A stretch of DNA of 64,000 nucleotides, taken from assembly GCA_964016885.1 (NCBI GenBank), contig OZ024740.1:270196001-270260000 (forward strand), written 5' to 3'. This DNA comes from Eledone cirrhosa. Its lineage: Eukaryota. The notes below the pieces were generated by a model. That model did no database searches and had not been told where the DNA came from. It saw nothing but the letters and a program-made list of their open reading frames with translations. A program made the position numbers and the translations under genes. Of the stretch, positions 13,816 through 28,162 are shown piece by piece (position 1 is the stretch's first letter; the number at the start of each line of letters is the position of its first letter).

Positions 13816-14239
13816 CACACATACACATATATACACATACACACATATATATATATATATATAAGCACTTTAATACATGAATACACTTACATCTAACTAT
13901 ACACATCAAACATATATATATATTTACTTATTTATATACATTTTCACATATATATACATACTTATGGACGTTTTTAGACACATTCATTATCGCATATTTG
14001 TACCTATTCTCATCAGCATATCTTTTCATTATTAGTATGGTAATTTAAGGTTATTAATATATGTTGAGAAGAGATTGTTTTTATATTTTTCTAACTAGAT
14101 TAAGGTTTATATAGTTGGGGGATGTCCCTCTTTTATGTAATATTCGGCTTGTAGTGGGAAAAAAGGGTTTTAGTTCTGTATATATATACACGTATGTATA
14201 TTATATTATATTATATCATATATATATATATGTATAGAC

Positions 14240-14608
14240 TCACTCAGATGGTGGATGGGTGCTACACGAGAATGCTGAGAATGGCTCTGAACATTAATCA
14301 GTATACACAGGAGGATGAAAAACTCAGAGCTGTATGAGCACCTCCCAAAATTTAGCTCAAAAGTGACACAGAGAAGACTGAGGTTAGCTGGACATGCTCA
14401 CCGACATCCAGAGTTGATATTGCACTCAGTGTTCCTGTGGGAGCCCCTATATCGACGCACTAGAAGAGGAAGACTGAGGTTAACGTATGTTGGTGCCCTA
14501 AGGACAGACACTGGTCTGTTGGAGGCGCAGGACATGGCAGCGATAATGAGGGACAGAGACCGCTGGAGAGAACTCGTCCATGGATCTCGGGAATTTTACC
14601 CGCCCTAG
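14240..14608 (+). mobile_element. RTE-like LINE 3' fragment
   Basis: DGCYTRMLRMAL, RRLRLAGHAHRH, LWEP, RRGRLRLTY, DRDRWRELV. Flanked by (TA)n. Confidence 0.8.
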
Positions 14609-14616
14609 AATATATG

Positions 14617-14651
<35 letters not shown>

Positions 14652-17347
14652 ATAATATAATATAATATATATGCGTGCGTGAGTGTATGTGTATATGCGT
14701 GTGTGTTTTCTTGTATCTGTTTCCCTGAGTATGTGTGTGTTTATATGCGAGTGTATAAGTATGTATCTAACTTATTTTAATCTTATTGCTAGTTTCGTTT
14801 CTAAATATATTGCTAATTATATTTATCTATCGACGTTCTTTTTATACGTTCTATATATGTTTATCATACTTCATTTATATGACACAGTTACACAAAGAAT
14901 ACTTCTACTTTTAAGTCACAAAATTACAGAATAATAAGATTTGCCATTTATCTTTGTTTGAATTCGATAAATCATATTTATCTATGAAGAAAAATGGTTC
15001 TATAATCATTTTCCTTTAATACAAACGTAATAGTATTGGTTGTTTGAAGCTTTCTTATAAAAGAAATCGGTAAATAGTCTAATTAGCCTATGTTATGCAC
15101 TGGGGCTTAAATAGAAATTCTGACTTTCATAACTTTCTCACAAATCTTGGAGATGTACATAAAACAAAATTTATAAAATTGAAGATAGCAACCCAGACAC
15201 AAAAGTATTTCTACATAAATGTATATGTACATAAATATTTCTAATAAGATTGATTCATTTGATCGAGGTTGTAATGATATTTTCAAAGTTTTTGACAAGA
15301 TTTCAATTCAGAATTATATGTCATCAATAAAGCAATCCTTTGTGTTTCTCAGAGTACTTATTTTTTATCTAGGCAGAAGGAAGTTATGAGGAATTAGTGC
15401 TTTGAACACGTAACCAACGTAAAGCCACTGAAACGATACACTTATACATAGATTACCAAAGAGTCAATCTCCTGTCAACCTTGTTGTATGCAGCACTCGG
15501 TTCTTTTGTGTAAACAACAATATTTTATACTTTTTAACATAGGAGGGAAAATTGGAAGTTCATGTTTGTTTCTCAATAACGTTAGCGATGAAAGTGAAAT
15601 AAAGAGGTTCGTTCACGTAAGTTATTTACCAATTAAACTAAATTCAATGGCTAATAAAATACTGTCATGCTAATTCAGTTTGTTGAAACTCAGTCGATAT
15701 CTACGACACTCAATCTAACCAGAATGGTTTTAATTCAATCATTTAACATATATATAACATCATTTTACCAATTAGAATTATTAAAATGTTTACCAACTGT
15801 TATTACTCTCAAAATTATATTTCACGAAATACGTTACAAAACTGTTTTCACTATAAATTATATAACAGGTGAAGCAGTAGTCAACCTCGGACCAGCGTCC
15901 TCAATTACCTGAGACATTTTACAAATTAATGCCTTAATTCCAGGAGTGAAACAGTTTATTTCATAGACAGATAGTTATAATGTTACTTATTATAATGATG
16001 CACACAATTTCTCTATAAGAGGTTCTTTGACAATATCCAAGTTAATATGTACTTTGGGGTTTACAGTTACAGGGTTTGAAAACGATATGAAATGTTCTTC
16101 ATATTCAATACAAAATGTTAATATATATGCTTAAATGTGTATTGTATTACTGTAGCATTTTAAGTATAGTTGAATATATAATACATTTTTTATTTACGTA
16201 CATTTTATAGGCGTAAAATGTACTTCGATGACATTATCAAACTCTTTAATCTAAATTCTATTTTGTACATGTTTCGGTAATATGTTCACTTACAATAAAA
16301 TTGAATAATATTGAAGAAAACAAACGGTTTCCTTAGCAGCTCTTGCGTATTAAATTATCTTCTAAGATATTGGATGAGTTTTCTCACGTTTTTAACTTCA
16401 CTTAATCTGGTGGTATTTGAGAAAGTTTCCCTTTGATGGAATCTGATAACAGAACTCCGGAATACTATTAGTTCTTAATTTCCTACAACTTAAACTTACA
16501 TTCGAAACTAGCTGGCTTACAATTTTTGTGACAATTTAACTCAGCCAATTTCTGGGAAAAGAAATATGATAATAAACATAATTATGATCATACTTTTCAT
16601 TGACGTCTTCAAGTTATTGTTACAAATCTTTAAATTCTTTTTATAAATCGATCAAATTGTCTGTTATTGATATCGTTTGGGTTATTCTATATTGATTTAC
16701 TTTTTCCTTTGCAAATAGACTTATATTACTGTTTGTTTTCTTTTTTTAATTCTTATGCAGTGTAGTGCACATGATAAAGACATGTATAGTAATGTATTGT
16801 AGATGTGTGGCACTTGGAATTGTTTTAATATTTATACACCTTTCATGTAAGAGCACATTCAAATCTGCAAAGTCAATGTTTACTCCAATACTCCTCATCT
16901 CAATGGCAAGAAAAGATATTGCTATTCATATTTTTTAATATCTCGAAAAGTATTTTGAGAATCTAATATAGATGGTTCACCTGCCATTAAAATGTAACTT
17001 ATCATTTCTTTCACAAGTAAAAAATACAATAGTGTTGGTTGTTGTAGTGATGGTGGAATAGTTCATATAATATCATGAGTGCAGGAATAACTATGTGGTT
17101 AAAAATTTCGTATCCTGGATCTATTCCCTTCTGCAGCACCTTGGACAATTATTCCTTATTGTTGTTTAGGGCTGAATTTTAAGTGGAATACGGTAGACGG
17201 AAACTTCACAAACGTCCATCACAAACACATATTATATAATTACATATATATATATATAAAGTGTGGTGTTCTCATGCAGAGAGATGTTATAATATAGATT
17301 AAGAAATGAGATGAAGACTCTTAAAGAGGGAAAAAGAAGTTGCCATC

Positions 17348-17421
17348 GGCCTCTATGATGAATCGAACTTCGTATCTAGCAGATACTGGCTAGACGCTTT
17401 GAGCCATTAAGCCAAGAGACC
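17348..17421 (-). pseudogene. tRNA-like sequence (tRNA-derived repeat head or pseudogene)
   Basis: Acceptor stem ggtctct/agaggcc, A box tggcttaatgg, B box gttcgattc. The anticodon arm is irregular and the T-stem is weak. Confidence 0.4.
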
Positions 17422-18781
17422 GGTAAAACTTTTACCGTCTTAGATTAGATAAGTTAACCACAACTTTTAAAATGTAAACAAATATATAGATAGCCTATTT
17501 CTCGGACTTGTACGAAGTTTTGAGGGCATAAAGTTAATATAAAGAGTGGTGTGCTCATGAGCAGAGATTCATGATTTTCCTTTCAGTTTTTGAGCTTTCA
17601 GCTGCACCCCAGGCTATAATTCTAAAAGCACGATTTAAAAGTGTGAATATTCTTCCTATTTTAGAGTTTAAAATATTTTATGAATAACACATTTAATATC
17701 TTTATGTCAATTCTTATGAAGACGATCTACAAACATATCAAAAGCAATGTAATTCTTAACTTTTATCAATCTACAGGAATTAACCCATATGCTATTGATG
17801 TTATCTTGCGTCATCAAGTATTAAATTTGTAAAAGGTTGTTTTATTTCTACACATTTCTACAAATTTCATACTTGACGACCCGATATTTTGTTTATTCAT
17901 TGTAAATCTGATCTTCATAACTGACTTTGAAGAAATGTATTTCTTACTAACAATATTGTTATGATGACCAAGCTCTAAAATTCCTCTAATATTAAGGAGA
18001 AAGTTATTGTAAACGATTATTTACTCTATTGACCTGTAATTTAAATATATAAATGCGCACAGTAGCAATACAATATAAATTTTAAGAATTCGTTTCATAT
18101 ATACATTTTATCAAATTTCTTCGAAAAATATTCACCTAATATATCTTAATTTCGTAATATTAAAGAAGTTTTTTTTTCTTTTTTTTTTCTACAAAATCAG
18201 AATTTTTCTTTACACTATTAAATAAGTTTATTACGTGCTTTTGTGTTTTATTTCTTCATAGAAACATATGGAAAACAATTTCTTCCATCTTGAAGTTATA
18301 TAAACAATAATTTTCAGATTTCTGTTTAATATGGATTTTATTGTCTGCATCTTAGCAAATACGATAAATTTTCTTCTATACACTGTATCAGCTGAATTGT
18401 GTTTTTCTTTTAAATTTTTCAATAATAACAATACAAAAGACGACGTTCCTTTTCATTTAGTCTGCGAGATAATATTTTTCTTTTTTAAGTAAGCTAATTA
18501 TGGACCTCGGCTAAAGAGAAGTATCTAAAGAAAATATGAAATGAATAAATTATATAGAAAAAAAGTAATGGATAGACAGAAGTTCGCGACAATACATTTT
18601 GCTATCGCATTATTTTGTAAAGATTATATTATATATATTGTATATGTTATATATTTGTAAGACGACGAATAAAAGGTTTCATATTTCAGGTATTTTGAAA
18701 TTGTCGTTCTCGTCTTGATTTTTTCTCCATATGTTACTCCGTACTAAATTCTGTTAAATATAATTTAATGAGTCTAATTTC

Positions 18782-19052
18782 TAATTTCGACACGTAGAAG
18801 TGGTACCGATTGTGGTTGGTGCACTAGGAGCAGTTACTAGATGTTTGGATGCATAGGGTGAGAAGTTAGGAATTATCACCAGGACAGGATTGTTGCAGAA
18901 AACAGCCTTGCTGGGAACAGCAGGAAGTGTTTTGGAAAGTTGAAGGAAAAGGAATGACCCAAAGAACATTTGGCCATTAGCTATGGCTCGCTCTTTTCGT
19001 GTAATGTCGGTATAACATCTGCCAGAACAAAATCGTTACGAATAAAAATAAT
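18782..19052 (+). mobile_element. R4/Dong-type non-LTR retrotransposon 3' end
   Basis: VEVVPIVVGALG...LLQKTALLGTA, short 3' UTR, (AAT)-rich tail. Confidence 0.75.
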
Positions 19053-19580
19053 AATTGTTTCTACTTTTGGCACAAGGCCAGCATTACCAGTGTATTACTG
19101 GTACTTTATTTTATCGACCCTGTAAGGATGAAAGGCAAAGTTAACCTCGGCGGAATTTGAACTCAGATCATAAAGGGAGGTAACTCTATGCTTCAAAGCA
19201 TGCTGTCCGACCCTCTACCGATGGTTTCTTATATAGGCACAAGGCCAGTAATTTGGGGGAAGGGAAAGTCGATTAAATTGCCCACTGCGTGACTGGTACT
19301 TTACTTTATCGACTCCTTAAGGATGAAAGGCAAAGTTAACCTCGGCGGGATTTGAAGTCAGATCTATGCTGCAAAACATGCTGTCCAATCAACCAATTAT
19401 AATAATAATAATTGTTTCTACATTTGGCACATAGACAGCAATTATCCCAGTGCCTTACTGGTACTTTATTTTATCGACCCCGTAAGGATGAAAGGCAAAG
19501 TTAACCTCGGCGGATTTAAACTCAGAACGTAAAGGGCCATAACTCTATGATGCAAAGCATGACGTCTGACGCTCTACCGA
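19050..19580 (-). mobile_element. Three tandem SINE family A copies
   Basis: Copies at about 19050-19222, 19223-19400 (long-tail variant) and 19410-19580. Confidence 0.85.
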
Positions 19581-21715
19581 TAACAATAATAATACGTTTT
19601 TAGCCTCATATGCAATACAATAAATGTTTTAAACATCGGGGTTATTATACGTGTGCATCTGGACAAACAGTTTTATAAATCGAGATGGCTAAATAATTCT
19701 TTTATATATGTATATAAACATAATGAAATAATACATAACTATAAATAAAACGCAGCAAATAAATCAAGCTATTTAAACAGCAAATACAGAATATTTAGAT
19801 ATTGCACCCTACACGTGCAACACCCACTGTTTCGGTCATGTTAGAGTGCATCAGTTAAAGCGCGAAGATGTGTACCAGCATACACTGCTTATCGGAAGAT
19901 TTTTGTATTTCTAGTGGCGAGAAGGATCCCAATGCTTTATCAAATTCTTCTCACCCCGCATCGGTTACTGATACTTATGAGTCAGTATAACCAACATTTT
20001 AATTGTGGCCCGGTCGCTCTAGCAAACACATGAAAGCCCATACTCTTCCTACCTGACCGGTGTTCAACCATCTTTTCATTTTTTTTGTTGTTGTTTTTTG
20101 TGGGTATAGTCGACGACTCCTTCCCCTTTCCTGTCTTAAAATATTTCTGAGAATTTGGTAGCTTTCATTGATTGGATGGCGCAACCGGTTATGATAAGGA
20201 ATCGGTGTACTTATTGGTTGGTTTCTGAAAGAAAATATGAGGACACTTCCGCCACGAATTCCGAAAATATGACACATGGTGTTCAGGAAACTGGAGTTAG
20301 TGCTGTTTTTGTTGCCGTTAGTTTACTTCAGTGGAATCTCTTCTTTGTATCTTTTCCAGTGTATTTTCGGCAATATTCTTTACATTCAAATGATCATTGC
20401 CGCCACAAGAATAAAAACAAGGCATTTTCCGGTCCCTTTCATATATGTGCTATGAACATAACTTCTCCCGTTGCTTCGGCATTGTTCTCTTCTCTACTGT
20501 GTGGTGCAGAGAAGCCAACAAACCGTGGATCATATTCATAACCTATGCTTCTGACCGTCATAGATAGATTCCCTGGGCCAAATACTGCGATATAAATGTA
20601 GGGATGTGTGCAGGTATGTGTGGGTGCGAAGGTGGGTGTACTGAAACTTCAACTTGTCTTTTAACTGTTTTTTTTTTCAGTTGCAAATATTAGACAGACA
20701 GTCCTATATAGTTTCCTTTTCACATAACACCTCTTACACTTGTACTTTTGAGGATAGATGGAGACCCACGCTATTTTGATATAATCATACATAATAACAG
20801 TTATCTTGGCTGATTTTTGGATGTATTCATCAAGTAAAAAGAATTACTACCGCTCACAAGATTTTGCAAATAGATTTGTTTTTGCAAAAATTCAATTAAA
20901 TCTAATCTTTCTCTCATACAGAAGCAACATTATTGAGTAAATTTTTACCGACACTGTTGTTATTGTTATTGTTATTATTAATGCTATCATTAGCATCCAT
21001 GTTTCAGCATTACTAGTCTACAGAGAATAATTATTTTTCCTTAGTTGTGCATAGTGCCGTTTTGACGGTTCATATTTGTTTTTGTTTGTTTGTAAATCGT
21101 GTCATGTTCATGTTTATTTTGTTTCTGATTGTTGTTATTGTTGATGTTGTAGACGTTAATTTTTGCTGCATAATTGTCAACAAGCCACGAAAAAGATACA
21201 TATATGATAACAAACAAATGTTCTTGTCTGCCCCAGGATAAATGAACCGACCATTCTATACTCCCTTATTTTAAATAATCAAAAATGTTTCTTTACATTA
21301 AATGAAACATGGTAATTTCTAAAAATGCCGAGAGCGAGCGAAACACGTCCGTAGTCAGCAAAACCAAACAGTATTGTTATTACTATTTGTGTTTTTGCTT
21401 TACCTTCAATTTTGTTTCCATTTTTTGCCGAATGTCTTTCCGACATGTAGGGCAAAGAAACCCGCTGCAAACATTTATTGTCCACAAGCATAAACATACT
21501 AGATTGTTTATGCCATGCATCATATGCAGTTACAAGTATATCATTTGCTTTATACACCTGCATATTATCTGTTTAAAATCATATTTGCAACAGAATGACA
21601 ATCAGTCATATGAGAGCGGTCGGTTATTTACAACTCACATAATTATGTAATATAATCAGATAAAGTTTGGTAAAAAAATAATTAATTTTTTTTTTAATAA
21701 AAAAAAAATATACAC

Positions 21716-21820
21716 AATTACATAAAATATTATCCAAGATATGTAAACCTCCTTCTTTGGTTGGATGGGATTCGAGCAAAGAAGGGGGCTTACAAATCTT
21801 GGATAATCTTTTATATAATT
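21716..21820. repeat. About 105-bp imperfect palindrome
   Basis: attatccaagatatgtaaacctccttctttg pairs with caaagaagggggcttacaaatcttggataat. Confidence 0.8.
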
Positions 21821-21869
21821 TTCCTTTGCGGTACAAGCAGGTGTAAAAAGTCGCAGAAAAGACAGTAGA

Positions 21870-23207
21870 GGAGGTCAAAAGTCATGGGAGGATATGTTGT
21901 TAAGCTGGAATCCGATCTCAGATTATACAATGACTTCGATATATAAAGCCCTCTTTCATGCTTGCTACGAGGAACACGTCTGGGGCTCACTTCTCTTCAG
22001 AGAAGTGCATCCACGCGAGGTGGAGAGAACATTTCGCTGATCTACTAAACTCGGTCATAACAGCATCTTCTGATATAAATGAGGTGCATCTAGGAGCGAT
22101 GACTAAGCACTCATAGGCTGAGGTCAAGAGAGATATTAAAGAGCTCAAATGGAATAAGGCCATGGGAGGAATGAAATTCGGTCCGAGATATTAAAAACCT
22201 TAAATAAAGAAGGTATTCTTTAGCTGAAACGTATGTGCCGAGTGAACTGGATCTCTGGAAAGCCATCTAAGCGATGGCAATCAGAAGTGATAATCCCAAT
22301 TTTCACAACGGGGTGCTTAACAAGGAAGTCCCTTTCGTTATATAGAGCTCTCCTTGTTAAACCTCCCCGGCAAAGTATATACTAAGAGTCCAGCAAAACG
22401 TTGTAGAGATATTGCTGTGTCCAAGCAAGCTGGCGAACAGTGTGGGTTTTTCACCAGAGGGAGCACACTGACCAGATATTCACACTGCGTGATATCTTTG
22501 AGAAATCGTGGGCGTATTGCCAAGAGGTGTATGCTTGCTTCGTAGACCTCAAAACGGCATATGACCGCCTTCAATGGTAACTGTTGCTGAAGGTTCTGAA
22601 GGAGTATGGGATCGATGGAAAGCTTCTTTTTGCCTTGATAAGAATGTCATAGTATCTGTGTTAGTGTAAATGGTGCTATATCGAAACCATTCAAAGTGGA
22701 TGTTGGATTTCACGAAGGAAACGTACACGAACATGTGCTGTTCATAATCTCCATGTGCAGGATTGACATGCGAAGCGGAGTCGTGACTGGGCAGTGTAGG
22801 ATCAATAGGCTGGAATTTGTGGACATGGAATTTGTGGACTTAAATCGTTAAAAGGTCAAATCCGACAGTCACTTGATAGGTTTGTTGTTGAATGCTGCTC
22901 GGCAGAAATGAAAATCAATGCTACAAAAACTGAGACAATCGTCATCTCAAGGAGGCCTGTGCAGTGCAATCTGAATGTGAGTGAAGTTCCACTGTTGCAG
23001 GGGAAGAAATTTAAGTATCTGGGGTCTGTGTTCATCAGTAATGGAAGATGGGAGGCTGAATTAAGTACACCAATAGGTGGGGCTGGAACAACGTTGCGCC
23101 AGCATCAGTATTCGGTCATCAGAAGAAAGGAGTTAGGTGTAAACGCTAAACTCAATATCTTCAATTCGGTATTCGTGCCAACCCTTATCTATGGTCATGA
23201 ATCTTGA
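21870..23207 (+). mobile_element. Decayed RTE-clade LINE reverse transcriptase fragment
   Basis: EVKRDIKELK, EVIIPIF, LSLLNLPGKVY, ACFVDLKTAYD, MKINATKTE, FKYLGSVF, PTLIYGHES. Many stops and frameshifts. Confidence 0.8.
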
Positions 23208-23221
23208 GCGAGAAAATGTAA

Positions 23222-23790
23222 CGATACTTATACTACTCGTCAGCAGGTTTGATTTTTATAATTGTTTCTACTTTTGGCACAAGGCCAGCAATTATCCCAG
23301 TGTATTACTGGTACTTTATTTTATCGACCCCGTAAGGATGAAAGGCAAAGTTAACCTCGGCGGAATTTGAACTGAGACCATAAAGGGCCATAACTGTTTC
23401 CTGCAAAGCATGGCGTCCGACCCTCTTTTATAATGCCGACATGTTCACCAGTGTACATATTGGCCAATTCTGTCCTGCCTTGGTTTATACTCTACTGGTA
23501 ATAACACTTCCAGAGATTAAGTGATCCACTATTTCAATCTCATTGCAATGGATCTACTCCATTTCTCGTCACATCGGCTTGATAATTCCGAGTTAATAAG
23601 CTTAGCTCTTGGGCAGCTTCACTCTCTGTTTTTAGCCCTGAGCTATGCAGTCACTGATGATTGAGCTTGTAGTCAATATTAGCTTGTTTGTTACGGTCCA
23701 CATATTTTCCATGCAGAGATCTCTGCTCCCATCTCGATGCAAATTTGTCATGCCCTTTTTTCATTGCTATTAATCATATTTCCTAATTTA
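23222..23790 (-). mobile_element. R4/Dong-type LINE fragment interrupted by a SINE
   Basis: Minus-strand translation gives WEQRSLHGKY, LHSSGLKTESE, AAQELSLLTRNY, VDHLISG and DRIGQYVHW. It is homologous to 63205-64000. Confidence 0.7.
23263..23425 (-). mobile_element. SINE family A
   Basis: Core and tail present. Direct repeat ttttataat at 23254-23262 and 23426-23434. Confidence 0.85.
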
Positions 23791-24354
23791 CCCCTCCCTG
23801 TCCATCCTGGTTATCAGTTATGAAATCAGTAGCAAATTAGCAAATGTTTTGTTCTCTTCCATCTTTGTAAATGCTACATAATGCCTATAGATAAATGTAT
23901 TACACTCACCATATTTGATGATGTTAAAATAGCACAGTTACTCACAGCTATTCCTTTCTTGATCTGATGGTAGAATCGTTGTTGGCGGCAAATGATAGAT
24001 AGGAATTTATTTATTCAGGAATATTCGTTTTAGTTCGTTTCGTATACCAATCAGAATTATTATCGGTGCAGTGTAAACCTCTGACAGCATACAAACTTCA
24101 TTGAAAGTTTAATAACCTCTGGAGTCGACCACAAATGCATATTCCAGTCTATTAAATAATGAAGCCATATCAGTTTTCTGAAGATTAGATCTGTTGACAC
24201 CAAGTAACGACAAGGCATACAATATTGCAGAAAGGCAATAAATCACCTATAATGGATGAAGCACTAATGAATCAAAGATTAACTGCTAAAACTTAGCTGA
24301 ATTTCTCTATTTTAATGGCGTAATAGTGTTGTTCAAACAACCTCATCCTATTAA

Positions 24355-24487
24355 CTGGAAGTTTAGCCCTGTGATGGACTGGTGATTTGTCCAGGAAAGG
24401 GGACGGCTGTACTCTCAGTCGCTTAACGCAACGGAAACTGGGATAAACACCCGGCTTGATGAGCCTCTGGTCTTGAGACTGAGTTTA
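24355..24487 (+). mobile_element. SINE family B 3' fragment
   Basis: tactctcagt..gggataa..ccggc..tgagcct..tgg matches about 4525-4645. Confidence 0.55.
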
Positions 24488-24816
24488 GACTAGAATATAC
24501 AGGCAACTTATCTAGCATTATAGAACGTTACTGCACAAAAGTAAAAGCGTAAAGAATAATATATATCAATTGTCAAATTTAGAGACTTAATATTCTATAT
24601 TTTGAATTGTTTCCTGGTTTGATTTCTCATGGTTGAATTGCATCGTTTGCTTAAAACTAAATATATCCATAACGTCCAATCAGGTCGGACGTGAGTATTT
24701 TATTAACAATGGTTACAACGTTTGGCCGAACCAAGATGGACCATGACAAGTCTGTTTAAAGAAAAGTAAGAAACAAAAATATCTCAAATATATTGGATAT
24801 GTTGATACTGAGCATG

Positions 24817-25014
24817 CGAGGATCGATTAAAAAGTTCATAGGCTGACTATGAAGGACCGATGCTTGAGCTGTGAAATGTTGCATGCATTAATTTCAACTC
24901 TTCTTATCAATAACTGCATTGTTTCTTTCCAAGGTGTAAGTTAAAAAATAAACCACACTTGGTCATTGCATGGAAATATCTTGGTCAACTTATAAGCTTT
25001 TCAGCCGACCCTCG
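24817..25014. mobile_element. Mariner-like MITE
   Basis: Degenerate TIRs cgaggatcgattaaaaagttcataggctgac and gtcaacttataagcttttcagccgaccctcg, followed by TA. A second copy lies at about 35139-35491. Confidence 0.6.
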
Positions 25015-25491
25015 TAAATAAGAATAGATCTCTTCCAAATGTACGATAAAATATATCAGTAATTGGAAGGAGAAGTCAGAGTTCCTTTATCATCATTTAT
25101 GACTAACATCTATACAAAACACATTGGGGCATAATTCTAAAACATAAAACTAAAGCCCATAAATCAGTTCAGCAGAATGAATAGGACCTTTAACCTCTGG
25201 AAAAAGCAAGAAGGTTGCTACGCATAACTGTATCATATGACCTGAATAAATGAATCAATACAATCAATAATGGATGGGCAACAACAATAATCAGCTGCTA
25301 TTTATATGTGTACTGGTGTAGCACAAAGAAACCTGTGTTAATCTTTGTCTCAACGCCGAATTTTCTCAATTTCTATCTTTATCTGCTCTAATTTTCTATC
25401 AAAATTTGTGTAAACAAATATGAATATGTATTTCCGTATGTATTCCATGTAAATCAGAAACTTTATGAAATGAGTTGAAATTATATTAGTG

Positions 25492-25524
<33 letters not shown>

Positions 25525-26699
25525 GATATATGTATATATCATGAGTGTGGTGGGTTTTATTATGATTTTTAGTGACATAATATATTTACTAGTAGATCTC
25601 CACAAAAATAGCAAAGTATAACGTCACTGTAATGCCTATGCTGAGGAATATGGTATGAACCTGTAGCTACTAAGGGAGTTGTAAGGGCGCCATATTGACA
25701 TACAGCGTTTCTTAGGGCATTTCTAAACCTGGCGGACCGCATCTCCTCTCCAGGTCTAAGTACAGTAGATAGAAAGGAAGTGAGATATAGATATAAATTC
25801 TACAGATGAAAATCCTTATTTTACAGTGACAATGAAATATGTTTTATTCCATTTATAAATATAACTAGCTTCGTCCGAGACAAGAGAAGACAGGTAGAAA
25901 TGAAAACGACTGCTTTAGATGCGTTTTCTGGGTTACACTGTGAGTCGAGACCGTGTTGAGTATGTAACAAACAAAAATAAACAGTAAAAAAGTAAGCTTG
26001 TGTGTAAACCAGCGTTCGAATCGGAGATGCTAGCTGCTTAATACGATCACCACTGACAACGAACGCGTAGAGACAAACCCTTATGGTTGATTTCCCAGCA
26101 TGCTAGAAATAGCAGTCAGGCTGGTTAGCATACCTGATATGTTTTTCTTCTCTGATTTTATAAAATAAGGATCAATAAACATTCCTGGATATACCTTTAT
26201 TGCATTGCTGTACTTACTTGTCGATTGTCACTTTTCGTTTGTGTGCGATGCACGAAGGAACAAAGCAACCAATTAACAAACAAACAAATATATCTCTTTT
26301 ATATTATATATAGATTTCATAAACACTTCAAATATGATTGATTGGCCAAGGAATACGAAAGCAAGTCAGGAAAATAGACGTTTACGCAATATTTCACTGA
26401 GCCTATCAATATGTATTTTGCTATACAAAACTTCTTCTTATAGAACGAATGATATCCAGCTCATTATGTTTTCATTTATCAATACTGTTCATTGTCTGCT
26501 TTCACATAATACCCGACGTTTTATTTCTATTCACATTTAGCGAGTCTACTTAGATGATAACAGGCAATAAATCAAAAAATATGTTATAGCTACTCACAGA
26601 CATGTATATGCCACGTATAGTTGTTTACTGCCATACACTGATAAATATGCTTTTCTATAAATAGACACATACATACATAACTTACTTGTATAGCTAAAT

Positions 26700-27018
<319 letters not shown>

Positions 27019-27019
<1 letters not shown>

Positions 27020-28065
27020 GTGGGAAAGTAAGAAATCGGAGAATAGACCGTTAAAACATGTTTATTTAAAACACCACCTACGTACGTTTCGCCCAGTTGG
27101 GCTTCTCAAGGGCATAAATAATCAAAAGTGTTCCTTACATTGCTCGGAAAGAGTTTTTTGGGGTTAAATTCACGTCAAGGTTCTTTGCTCGCAAAAATAG
27201 CTTGTTTTGATTTTGCAGCAGGTCAAGGGAGGTAACTCTGGCCGGTGTTAGGGCAGTCTTTCCCGGACAAATTTTTATCCGCTACAAGCTGAGGTTACAA
27301 CCTTACCATTGTCGATACGCACAGGGTGATGTAACCAACGGTTATTTTGAGAGTTTTTTTTTGCCGCATCTGTTTGTCTGAGTCGTTTGAGGCTGGGTCT
27401 GGTATGGACGGTTAGTTTCCTGGGTGTTATTTTGCAGAGCCTGCCCGCCGGGGTGTTATGACTTGTTGCAGGGAGATCCGGTGCACGGTTTCACTCCTCA
27501 TCCTTAACCCATCTGAAGGATATTTTTAAGCGATATGTAGAACTTATCGCTGTTTCAGCTCTGCTGTTGATGAGCTCGTGGGGTGCAGTTATGATGTGGT
27601 AGAGCTCCATGAGGCAAAGATCGCATTTCCTCTTGAAGTTGTACGGGGCAGCCTGCCGACAATATCCCAGTGCGTGGAGAAGCTGATGTTTAAGTCCTTT
27701 AGTGATGTGATGTAGTCCGCGAGCGAAGTGGAGTGTCTTAGTTTTTTATTTGTGAAAGAGTGGAGATGTGTTCGCGGCTGTTGCAATTTCTGTCGCGGTT
27801 CCATCTATTTCCCACGGTAAGGCTATCATTGTTGTAGCCTACGTTGTTACCTACGCTACCGCAGCTGTCGTTAGCACCATTACAACCCACAGCACGCGGG
27901 GTGGTGCGATTGTTATTCCGCACGTCATTTCGCGGTTATGCTGGTTGCGTCTGTGGAGGCCGTTGCCAGCACTATTGGATGCAGCCAGGGAGTAGTTGTT
28001 AAGACCGATATAATTATTGTCAGGTGTAGCTGCGTCTGTGTTAAGCAAACTATCATACTACACTT

Positions 28066-28068
<3 letters not shown>
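27019..28068 (-). mobile_element. Neptune-type Penelope-like element 3' fragment (GIY-YIG remnant, 3' UTR, hammerhead-like motif)
   Basis: HSFTNKKLRHSTSLADYITSLKD...WDIV and CDLCLME are homologous to the C-terminus of 30703-31890. (TA)n flanks. Confidence 0.7.

Positions 28069-28162
<94 letters not shown>

Noticed and set aside
19800-20645. Possible host exon or hAT-like remnant (ORFs 19999-20277 and 20155-20541)
   Set aside because: No recognisable domain, stops in all plausible frames, and the splice-like sites are unsupported.
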